A stretch of 30,427 nt of DNA, taken from positions 1 to 30,427 of the IMG/VR virus record IMGVR_UViG_3300012953_000133. One strand, written 5' to 3'. Positions 1-9,200 of the stretch are shown piece by piece. The position numbers were made by a program, and so were the translations under genes. The first letter of the stretch is position 1, and every line of letters starts with the position of its first letter. The stretch comes from a virus. Taxonomy: Duplodnaviria; Caudoviricetes. The notes under the pieces were generated by a model, which worked only from the letters and a program-made list of their open reading frames with translations, ran no database searches and was not told the origin of the DNA.

Positions 1-391
1 CACCAGCACCACCACCTTCTGTGATACTTACAGCAGGAGCAGTTGTATATCCACTACCTGGTTCATTAACAGCAACAGAAACAACTTTACCATTAAAGAT
101 AAAGGCAGAAGCAAGTGCTTGAATACCACCAGCAACATTAGGAGCACCAATTGTTACAGTTGGGTTTACAGTATATCCAGAACCAGCAGTATCAATATCA
201 ATATTGTTAACTCTCTGTCCAGTTCTATTGATACCAACACGAGGTAAGTTTGTTTCACTATCTAATTGAGCACGCAGAATCTCCTTCTCTCCCGACCCCG
301 TGCCAGAGCGAATAGTAACTTCATTATCACCGATAAGTTTGGGGTTGACTCCCCTTATTTTCTCTTTATCGGAATTAATATGAAAACTCAT
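1..391 (-). CDS. Large virion structural protein, N-terminal part (runs off the left edge)
   Basis: Not in ORF track. Manual translation from ATG at 391: MSFHINSDKEKIRGVNPKLIGDNEVTIRSGTGSGEKEILRAQLDSETNLPRVGINRTGQRVNNIDIDTAGSGYTVNPTVTIGAP...VVSVAVNEPGSGYTTAPAVSITEGGGAG, open to the window edge. It has the same GSGY..P.V.I repeats as neighbouring structural proteins and follows a late promoter motif. Confidence 0.9.
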   Translation of the reverse strand, partial: MSFHINSDKEKIRGVNPKLIGDNEVTIRSGTGSGEKEILRAQLDSETNLPRVGINRTGQRVNNIDIDTAGSGYTVNPTVTIGAPNVAGGIQALASAFIFNGKVVSVAVNEPGSGYTTAPAVSITEGGGAG

Positions 392-414
392 GGTGCTGCA
401 GTATCCTTAGACAT
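388..414 (-). other. Putative 8-codon upstream ORF (MSKDTAAP*) overlapping the next start by ATGA
   Basis: ATG TCT AAG GAT ACT GCA GCA CCA TGA. AGGA at 422..419 lies just upstream, and its TGA overlaps the ATG at 391. Confidence 0.35.
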
Positions 415-428
415 TTTTTCCTATGATA

Positions 429-435
429 TATTTAG
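429..435 (-). promoter_or_regulatory. T4-type late promoter (CTAAATA)
   Basis: GCTAAATA in the short intergenic gap before a structural gene; variant of the T4 gp55 TATAAATA box; same variant at 14368..14374. Confidence 0.7.
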
Positions 436-457
436 CATCAAGACCAAGCGATGCTAA
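432..457. repeat. Perfect 8-bp inverted repeat (TTAGCATC-N10-GATGCTAA)
   Basis: Arms at 432..439 and 450..457, spanning the stop codon of the 166-aa gene and overlapping the late promoter. No U-tract, so not a classical terminator. Confidence 0.6.
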
Positions 458-938
458 CAACTTGGGTATAAGAAACCCATTTAATTGTAGATGTTGTACC
501 AGCTCTAGTTGTTGAATAACTAAATCTGTTTGATGCTCCTACTGGTTCAACAGACCAAGTTTCTCCTGATGGAACATCGTCTTTAATAACTGTTTGAAAA
601 CTAGACTGTACAGTTGTATTTCCAACACTATCACAATACAATGATGTTTCAAACTTTGTAGAATACACAGTTCCTACATCATTGACAGCCATAATATGAC
701 CTGTAATAAAATTCATAGTGCTATTGGTAATAGGAATTTGTGTACCTACACCATCTAAGTCAAGAGTGGATGTATTTAATCCACGCAAAATATAACTGGT
801 AGAACTACTGTCTGTGTAATTACTATTTTTTACCTCTAAAGTATTGAGATCCTTTGCATTCCTTAATTCATCTACAACTACAGTTTTGCCTACAGCAAAT
901 CCACCCATGGAATCAAATTTTTCTATTGTTGTTGCCAT
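438..938 (-). CDS. Hypothetical protein, probably virion structural (166 aa, beta-rich)
   Basis: Starts 2 nt after the stop of the 1695-aa gene; S/T/V/G-rich; codon usage like flanking structural genes. Confidence 0.8.
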   Translation of the reverse strand: MATTIEKFDSMGGFAVGKTVVVDELRNAKDLNTLEVKNSNYTDSSSTSYILRGLNTSTLDLDGVGTQIPITNSTMNFITGHIMAVNDVGTVYSTKFETSLYCDSVGNTTVQSSFQTVIKDDVPSGETWSVEPVGASNRFSYSTTRAGTTSTIKWVSYTQVVSIAWS

Positions 939-940
939 TT

Positions 941-3900
941 TTATTTCTTATTGATGTTGGATACGATAGTTACTACAACATTATGTGCTGTTGTGACAGA
1001 AGAACCTATTGTAAAGTTCACTCTTGCAAATCCACTTGCTGTCTTCTCAAATACAGGAACAATTAATTGTTCTCCAGTCCTGACATTTCCATATTCTGTA
1101 TGGAATATATCAGTTCCATTATCTATAACACCAAACTCAAAGAATTCTTTATTATTGTTAGTTGTGTTTTCAGCAACCATAACAACCTTTGCTCCATTTT
1201 GAACAGAAAGTTGGTAGATGTTTGACCCTCCATTATTTACTGTTCCTTTTACCAATGTTACTTTCTCAGATAAGATCTTAACATCAGCAAGTTCAAACTC
1301 TTTCAAGTCACCATCAAATATTTTAACTCCATCATATACACCAGTTCCAAAACCTACGTTCAAGAACACATCACCTTGATTGTCAAGTCTTAGAACAGGA
1401 TCAACATTTAATCCAGCTGAAAGACCTAGATCAAAGTATTGCTTACTGGTATGTAAGAATGTTGTATCAGTAGCAGTATTGTCAAGAGTTGTTTGAGCAC
1501 TATTGAATGTCATCAATTGTGCAGTAATCTCAAATTCTTGTGATGTGATAGATCTAATAGTATCTACTGAATAGAAATCTAATGCAGTTGTTGTTAACTG
1601 AACTGTATTGCTTCCATCATTATAGAAGTATAAAATATTTTCATTTGATCCAGCAGATAATTCTGGAATAATATAAGTATTTTGATCAACGTCTTTTACT
1701 CCACCAAGTGAACCCCAGTTGGTTCCATCATAACCTTCGTAAGTTAGAGTTGTAGTATTGTATCTGACAGATCCTGTTGCAGCAGATCCTCTCTGTGCTG
1801 TAGTTCCAGAAGGAAGAACTAAACTTGTATCTATATCACATACAATTTTCTTACCAGCATTAGGTCTGATGTCAATATCATTAATAAGTGATGAAATCTC
1901 ATTGTTTTGAAATCTTAAATCACCACTAATTGTTAATGGTACATCACCAAGAGGTCCTATTTGTACATCAGAACATTCTTCAAATGTTAATAATCCAACA
2001 GCACTTGTATTAAATTGTAGTGTTGCAGATCCGTTTGTAAATGGAGTACCAGATATATCAGTCGGTTCACTACCTGACGTTGCTGTCGTTCCAGAGACTG
2101 TAACTTCAAATACGTTGTTTCTATACTTAACATAAGTTCCTGCTGTTACAGGAGTGTTTGCTGCCCATTCAGTGTAAGTTGGTGCTGCTGTATTGAGAGA
2201 ACGCACCTTCTTCATCTGAATAAATTCTAAATGATTTGGTGTAACTCTGATTGTATTGTCACCATCATTATAGAACCATAATTTATTATCGTTTGCACCA
2301 ACAGTTTCTTCAGCAGATATGAATGTGTTACCATCTAAGTCTCTAACACCACCTAGTGATGACCATGATGTTGTTGTAGCACTATATCCTTCATACTGTC
2401 CGCTATCTGTATTAAATCTAATTGCACCATTTTCTACTACAGCAGAAGATGGTCTAGCGTTAGTATCACCAGCAGGAATGATAATAGCAGATGTTGTGTT
2501 TATCTTAGCAACTCTTGTTGCTGCTGGACTAATGAGAATATCAAAACCAGAAAGAGATTTAATATCATTATCTTCAATCTCAATTTGATCATTACTATTA
2601 AATTTGTCTAATGTTTTAACAAATCCACTTGTTGTTAATGCACCAGTGTTACCAACAACATCTAATACATTTGTTTGTGGTGAAGATCCTATGAAGAAAT
2701 TACCATTGTTTACTATATTGAGTGCAGTGGAAGTTATGTTAGAACTAGAATTAATTGTTGTTAGTGATACAATTTCGCCAACAATATTAGGAGCAGTTAA
2801 GTTTCCTGTAACTGCTCCAGTAGCAACTTCCAGATCAGTTCCAGAAAAAGTTAGAGCAGATAAAATTCCCGCATCAATATCAGCAATAATAACATCTGTA
2901 GAAGCAATTGTCTGAACTAAAATACTAAATCCACTACCAAATGTTTTAGGGTTATTAGCATCTATTGTTATTGATGCTGACCCACCTAATCCCTCATTGT
3001 TTTGAGAATAGTAATAAAGTGTTGATGGGGTTGCTGATGTTACTTTAATTGTTAATGCATTTGCATCTCTAACAACACCATCTGTATATTCAGCACCTTC
3101 AAATTTTAAAGTTATAGTTCCAGCATTGATTGGAAACTCATCAATAGTTACACTGGTTGCAGTTTTACTTACAACTCTTGTAACAGCAGCAAGTTGTCCC
3201 ACACCAGTTCCTGATACTGCCATTCCAACTTCAATACCAGTTGTAGATGCTACAGTAATAGTTTTATTTGTGGTTTCTACTGATGCTACTACATTCTCAA
3301 CTAAAGATGGTGCATACGAACCTCCCTCAAATGCACTAAGAGCAAAGGTATCTGCTGATAAAGATGCATCATTAAGATCAAACGTGTATGTACTACCAAC
3401 ATAGAAAGTTAAACTTGGAGTAAATACATCGTCAATTGTAAATATGTCATCATCAACAGATGTTGCAACTGTGTAAGTTCCTGCTCCTCCAGACCTTGTT
3501 ATTACATTAGGATTGGCAAAACCAGCATTTGCATCACTTATTTGAATAACAACATTTGTTGTATTACCACCGCCTTCATTTACCTGTAAAATTGTGTAGT
3601 CAAAGAAATCTGTTATACTATCAACTGTAATAGTAATATCATCTGCAGGAGAAGAACCACCCACTGAGGTACCAGCAATAGTTAAATTTTCCTGAGCTGC
3701 GTATCCATAACCACCATCACTAACTTGAACAGATGTGACACCCTGTGCATCTCTAGTTACAGTAAATGTTGCTCCACTACCATTACCACCACTAGCAGAT
3801 AATATACCATAATCTGCGTTTGCTTCTCCTACAATTGTTGATCCTGTTGGTACAAATGTAACTATCGTTCCATCTTGCTCACTTAATGTTTGTGATGTTG

Positions 3901-6028
3901 TAAAAGTTCCAGCAGAAACAGTTGAACTAAATGTAAGAGTTTGAATTTTTTCATATTTTACAATCTTGGTTTCTGCTGCTACCAAGTTTGTAGGATCTAC
4001 TGAAAGAATATCATTTTCAGAATATCCATTACCAGCAGAATCTCCAGAAATTACTGCTGTATCTACAGATCCTAGTCTTGAAATTGTATATTGGAATGTT
4101 TGAGTACCTACACCAAATACAGGAGAGAAATTTAATACTGCAGTACCTGGTTCTGTTGCTTGTCCAGATAAAGTTATAATATTATTAGGAGCATCAATAG
4201 ATGAAATTGTTGTGTTAGATCCTAATACTGCATTACCAGAAGCAAGTGTGATTGAATCTCCAACTGACAATCCAGCAACTGAAGGTAATGTAATATTTAA
4301 AGAATCAATAGATGAGAATGTTAAAGTTGCAGCACCAGCAACAGCAGGAGATTGAGATATTGAGATTGTGTTTCCATTTATTGCTGTTACAGTAACACCT
4401 TGACCAACATCACCTGTGCTTCCTGCTTCAGTAGTAAGAATCATTCCAACTTCAAACCTAGTACCATCAGGAACTGTAAAGGTATTTCCTGTCCCAAGAG
4501 TTACAGGAACACCATTTAAAGTACCAGATATGTAACAACTAACACCAGTGGTTGCACCTGGCAATTGTAATACATCACCTACTTGATATCCACTACCATA
4601 GGTTGCAATTGAAAATTCTGAAATTTCACCTGGCGTTGTACTAGCAGTCCAAGCGAATCCAGAACCACCACCATTTCCTAAACTTGCATCTGTTGCTGAT
4701 AGAATATCTCCAGCAAGATAATCTTGACCAACATCACCAATAGTTACGTTTGTTACAGTACCAGTATATGTTGGAGTTCCAACCACAGCAACCATGCCAG
4801 AACCAGTTCCACCAAGATCTGCAGGAATAGCAGAAAATGTATCTCCTTGTTTGTATCCATTACCAGAAGTAGTAACTGAAACGTCTGTTACAGCACCAGC
4901 AGTAACAGTAACGTCACCAAAAGCACTTCTACCAAATACACCTTGTGATCCAGTAGTATGATTAATTGTTCCACCCATTCCTGAGTGTTGAGAACAAGCA
5001 TATCCAAGACTACCAGCACCAAGTTCAAAAATAATTATATCTACAAATGCTCCTGCGGTTCCTTCTACAGTTTGAGAGACTTGAAAATATTTTGTTTGAT
5101 CTAAAGAAGTTAACTCATCTCCAGCAGCATGAAAATATAAAGGGTGTGTAGAGTTACTAGCATCTGACACATCAAAACGATATGTATTACCAGAAGTTAC
5201 ATTAAGAGTTGGGGTTGTAACACCATCTATAACATATTGATATGTGCCAGGACCTCCACTCACTGTTACTACAAATGTTTGAGTTGGAGTGTTGTAGAAT
5301 TGTACTGATGAATATGTGCCATCTACATATCCAGAACCTGGTGTTTGTACAGTAGTTGGTAAAGTTGTAGTACCAGTAACTGTAATATCTGCAGTTGCAC
5401 TATTACCATTTCCTCCAGTCAGAGGAACAGCAGAATAAACTCCAGGTGGATATGCAGAACCCGCATTTGATATATCACCATCTAGTGAAGGAATTTCAAA
5501 ATTACAAGTTGCCTCACTACCTGTAGCACTACCAACTAATGCTATTCCAGTGTAGTTAGTACCAGGATTATAATTTTTACCTTGTTGTGTAATTGATCCA
5601 GACCAATCAACAACTACAATATCAAGTAGGGCATTATCACCAGTACCTCCTAATACAGGAATTGCTACATAACTACCAGCATCATAGTTACTACCAACAT
5701 CTTGTATTAAAAGACCACTATCTTCTAATTTTTTCTGTTGTACAATAATATCTTTGTAATACTTTACTTCAGTCGCAGATATATCAAGTAATTTTTTTTC
5801 TAATGCAACAAAACCAAGAGTTGTTGTTCCTGCTTTGTAAATACCTAATTTTTCATCTGTAGTAAAAGCTAGTGAAGGAGATTGTCTCGTTCCATCACCT
5901 AATTTTAAGTTACCAGTAGATAAATCTGTGCCACCAGCAGTGACTTGAAATATATCTGTACCTATTTGATTAATTTTCTGCCTTTGGGTCTCAAAGGTAT
6001 CCGTTTTAGCGACTTGTATTGCTGGCAT
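941..6028 (-). CDS. Tail fibre-like/baseplate-associated structural protein (1695 aa) with GxGY repeats, cupredoxin-like domains and a CBM-like module
   Basis: N-terminal TFETQRQKIN motif typical of T4-like cyanophage structural proteins; many GxGY repeats; HP...YACSQHSGMGG motif; duplicated RFNT...YEGY...W.SLGGV.D.D.NT.I domain; W..NT....G..VKY.NN.FEV module. Confidence 0.85.
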   Translation of the reverse strand: MPAIQVAKTDTFETQRQKINQIGTDIFQVTAGGTDLSTGNLKLGDGTRQSPSLAFTTDEKLGIYKAGTTTLGFVALEKKLLDISATEVKYYKDIIVQQKKLEDSGLLIQDVGSNYDAGSYVAIPVLGGTGDNALLDIVVVDWSGSITQQGKNYNPGTNYTGIALVGSATGSEATCNFEIPSLDGDISNAGSAYPPGVYSAVPLTGGNGNSATADITVTGTTTLPTTVQTPGSGYVDGTYSSVQFYNTPTQTFVVTVSGGPGTYQYVIDGVTTPTLNVTSGNTYRFDVSDASNSTHPLYFHAAGDELTSLDQTKYFQVSQTVEGTAGAFVDIIIFELGAGSLGYACSQHSGMGGTINHTTGSQGVFGRSAFGDVTVTAGAVTDVSVTTSGNGYKQGDTFSAIPADLGGTGSGMVAVVGTPTYTGTVTNVTIGDVGQDYLAGDILSATDASLGNGGGSGFAWTASTTPGEISEFSIATYGSGYQVGDVLQLPGATTGVSCYISGTLNGVPVTLGTGNTFTVPDGTRFEVGMILTTEAGSTGDVGQGVTVTAINGNTISISQSPAVAGAATLTFSSIDSLNITLPSVAGLSVGDSITLASGNAVLGSNTTISSIDAPNNIITLSGQATEPGTAVLNFSPVFGVGTQTFQYTISRLGSVDTAVISGDSAGNGYSENDILSVDPTNLVAAETKIVKYEKIQTLTFSSTVSAGTFTTSQTLSEQDGTIVTFVPTGSTIVGEANADYGILSASGGNGSGATFTVTRDAQGVTSVQVSDGGYGYAAQENLTIAGTSVGGSSPADDITITVDSITDFFDYTILQVNEGGGNTTNVVIQISDANAGFANPNVITRSGGAGTYTVATSVDDDIFTIDDVFTPSLTFYVGSTYTFDLNDASLSADTFALSAFEGGSYAPSLVENVVASVETTNKTITVASTTGIEVGMAVSGTGVGQLAAVTRVVSKTATSVTIDEFPINAGTITLKFEGAEYTDGVVRDANALTIKVTSATPSTLYYYSQNNEGLGGSASITIDANNPKTFGSGFSILVQTIASTDVIIADIDAGILSALTFSGTDLEVATGAVTGNLTAPNIVGEIVSLTTINSSSNITSTALNIVNNGNFFIGSSPQTNVLDVVGNTGALTTSGFVKTLDKFNSNDQIEIEDNDIKSLSGFDILISPAATRVAKINTTSAIIIPAGDTNARPSSAVVENGAIRFNTDSGQYEGYSATTTSWSSLGGVRDLDGNTFISAEETVGANDNKLWFYNDGDNTIRVTPNHLEFIQMKKVRSLNTAAPTYTEWAANTPVTAGTYVKYRNNVFEVTVSGTTATSGSEPTDISGTPFTNGSATLQFNTSAVGLLTFEECSDVQIGPLGDVPLTISGDLRFQNNEISSLINDIDIRPNAGKKIVCDIDTSLVLPSGTTAQRGSAATGSVRYNTTTLTYEGYDGTNWGSLGGVKDVDQNTYIIPELSAGSNENILYFYNDGSNTVQLTTTALDFYSVDTIRSITSQEFEITAQLMTFNSAQTTLDNTATDTTFLHTSKQYFDLGLSAGLNVDPVLRLDNQGDVFLNVGFGTGVYDGVKIFDGDLKEFELADVKILSEKVTLVKGTVNNGGSNIYQLSVQNGAKVVMVAENTTNNNKEFFEFGVIDNGTDIFHTEYGNVRTGEQLIVPVFEKTASGFARVNFTIGSSVTTAHNVVVTIVSNINKK
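1590..2491 (-). repeat. Protein-level duplication of an ~80-aa domain in the 1695-aa protein
   Basis: IIIPAGDTNARP...GAIRFNTDSGQYEGY...WSSLGGVRDLDGNTFI...NDNKLWFYNDGDNTI (~2491..2240) versus LVLPSGTTAQRG...GSVRYNTTTLTYEGY...WGSLGGVKDVDQNTYI...NENILYFYNDGSNTV (~1825..1590). Confidence 0.9.
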
Positions 6029-6221
6029 TTTGGATTAACTCTCTTAATAAGGACTTGATTTCAGATACTTCATTCTTCAACATATTTATGTCATCCAATG
6101 CGGAACCTAGGTGTTTAGACTTTCTTCTTGCCTCTATAGCAGAATCGTCCAGATTCAAGATAGCACCTGTGTTTTGATCCCTTACGAGACCGTCATGTCC
6201 TTCAACCTTCAAATAATCCAT
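6006..6221 (-). CDS. Small hypothetical protein (71 aa) with C-terminal coiled-coil tendency
   Basis: Fills the gap between two large structural genes; KVEGH..LVRD..TGAILN N-terminus and heptad-like DDINMLKNEVSEIKSLLREL; overlaps the next gene by 23 nt. Confidence 0.85.
   Translation of the reverse strand: MDYLKVEGHDGLVRDQNTGAILNLDDSAIEARRKSKHLGSALDDINMLKNEVSEIKSLLRELIQNASNTSR
6083..6089 (-). promoter_or_regulatory. Candidate internal late promoter (ATAAATA) for the 1695-aa gene
   Basis: ATAAATA inside the 71-aa CDS (GAC ATA AAT ATG), about 55 nt upstream of the ATG at 6028; could be chance in AT-rich DNA. Confidence 0.4.
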
Positions 6222-6230
6222 ATGCGGAAA

Positions 6231-9200
6231 TTAGAATGAGGCTACTGCTCTTATGTCTTGAATCTTAGGTACAAATGATGGATCAACACCACGCATGATA
6301 ACTTTGACTGCAAATGACGAGAATTCTGGTAGATCAGCAATACTATATTTCAAATCTTGATATGATGATTGTTTCTCTACAATACTAGATATTGAGTTTT
6401 CACTTGTTGCAATTTCAAATGTATCTGGTGACCCATCTTCATTAAAATATTCCCAATCAATATCTTCAAAGTTCTCTTGACTAGATGCTTTTTTGAATCT
6501 ATAGAGAACTTGTAAATTACCTATATCTTTAACATTTGCTAAAAGATGTACATCAATAGCAGATGCTGGACTTTGTATTGAAACTTCCTTAGTTACATAC
6601 TTGGAAATAGAAGAACTATTCTTAGATGTATCCTCAGAAACAAAGTCAATACCATTCTCATATGTTACAGAACCAACTTCTAAATATGATGCTTCATCAT
6701 CTGGTTGATTAGGATACTTAACAAAATCTCCTACACGGAATATGTCATCAATTTGATCTGTAGTTACAGAGTTTCTATTGTATAACACATTGTCAATTAT
6801 TCTGCTAGTAAAATCATCATTGATTGGTTTAACATCTACCTTCAATGTCAACTGTTGAGTTTGACTATTCCATATTGTAGTTTTACCAGTAATGATATTA
6901 TCATATGTTTCTAATATAATAGATGGATTTCTCGCAACAATAGTTGATGCTTGATTTATACTAAAGAATACTTGTGATGGATTAGAATCAACAACTACAG
7001 TAGTTAAACTACTTTGATTTCCAAGAGTTACAGTTTCTCCCTTTTGGAAGAATTGACTTGTCTTTACTCTTACATAAACTACATTTCCGTTTACTCTAGC
7101 AATAGTTCCAGTAGTTTTAGTTGTTGATCCTACTATTGATTGATCTGCCTGTATTTGAGTACCACCATTACCAGCAAGTTGGAATGTGTAAACAGGATAG
7201 AATTCTATAATCTGATCCTTTCTACCATATCTACTTTCCTGACCTGTAGCATTTTCTATTCTATTAGAAGATGTTTTGACAGTAGCACTTGACAAGTCTA
7301 TTATTGGACTCAAATAAGATTTAGTAGACGACAATAACATTTTATATGTTAAAGATTCTGTCAAACTATTCAAAGTTTCATTTATTTTAGATGCGACAAA
7401 CTTTTGATTGGTAAAGTAATGTGGTTCATTTAAAAATGTCTTTTCATAATCAGATGTTGAATATGATGTATAGTTTGTTGTAGTAGAATCAACAGGCACA
7501 ACATCTATTGTTTTTACTGATGTTTCTAACTTAGTTCCAGTAAATGTTAGATAATGAATTTGTGGATATAATGTCTCATACTTTCTGTTGTAAGAAGCAT
7601 AGACAACATCTCCACCACCTATTGCATTAGAAGCAGATTGTGAACTAGATGTTATGTTGTATGTGTCAATACCAGAATTTGTTACTTCAAATAATGTACT
7701 GTTTAATATTGATTGTGTAATTCCACCAGTCTCTAGTGCATTCTTATAGAACACATATGACTTTCCACTATCTTCAAATCCATGATCTCTATGATTTACT
7801 TTAACAATAGAGTTATTATTTTTGAAGAATTTAGATGTAGAATTTGTATTTGCACTTGCATTAGTTTCAAATGGATTTGAATCTAGTAATTCATATCCTG
7901 TGCTACCATTCTTAAGTATTAATTCTGCTGGTCTAGTAATATCAAACTCTGCACGATATAAAGTGAATTTAAGATCTTCAAATATATCCTCTGTCCAACT
8001 CTCAGTGTTTTGTGATCGGTAAACCGAACCTAATGATGGTTGAGTTGTGATAACCGTACTTGTTGATATGTCAGTTTCTCCTAATTTAGATGACCATAAC
8101 TTATAATCTATAGAATCAGTTTCTATTACAAGAGCATACTCAGTATCATTTTGTAAATACACTGGATAATCAAACATAAAGTTTGTTGGTATAGTAGAGT
8201 TTGTTACACCCTCTGTATCAACTGCTACACCCATTCTAACTGCTGGTGTATCTATTTCTATAAAGGTTTGTATTTCACACCCTCCAGCACCATTTCCGAC
8301 GCCTTTCACAACAACTGATGGTGCTTCTGTATATCCAAATCCAGATAGTGATACCTCAGCATTATAAATCTTACCACCAGAAACTTCTATACTTGCTGTA
8401 GCAGTAGATCCACCAGGCAATTGTGGACTTTCTATTGTTAAAATTGCACTATCATAGTTAAGACCAGTATTTGTAATTCTTAAATTAGAAAGTTTACCAC
8501 TATCTTTTGCCACCGTTAATACAAAATCTGTACCACCTGTTGCGTTTGCAAGAGTTACAGATGGAATTGCCAACCCCTCATTTTGTACAAAAGATCTACC
8601 ATTATGATTACTAAGAACAACAGTATATACTTGCTCATTAGTAAGACTATATCTACCAGATGCTGAAGCAACTAACTCAACATTATTCTTGTCAAATACT
8701 TGAAGTATAGGACCTGACGCAGCAGAAGAATTACCAGTTACAGTTTCACCCTTAAGTATTGACATATTACCACTAGCAAAACATTTAAGGAATGTATTTG
8801 GTGATAATGTTTTTTCACTGCCAGGTACGATACTCTTACCTGGTTTTTCAGCATCTACATTAGTGATGTAAGTTTTAATTGGTATGTTTGTGCTCTTCTT
8901 ACTAAAGAATAAATCTAATCCTGTTACAAATACCCCACCATCAAAGTTTTCAACCTTGAATGTTTGGGCAAGAGGATTAGGTCTTACAGGATTATCAGTA
9001 TTACTTTCAATTAACTGTACACCTTCATTTGATTTAAAAATTGCTGGTTTAGTAGAGATGATACTATCTGGATTCTGTGGAAGAATACCTGTAGCATAGT
9101 ACTTAACTTCAGTATAAGAATCTACTTCTCCCTTTGCTTCATTAGTAGAACTAGATGTAAATCTAAATGTTAGAGTTCCTGTAGTCAATGTTATCTGCTC

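Noticed and set aside
8016-8027. Small palindrome TCGGT-AA-ACCGA using rare codons in the DUF4815 gene
   Set aside because: Only a 4-bp stem and isolated; cannot be distinguished from chance without alignments.
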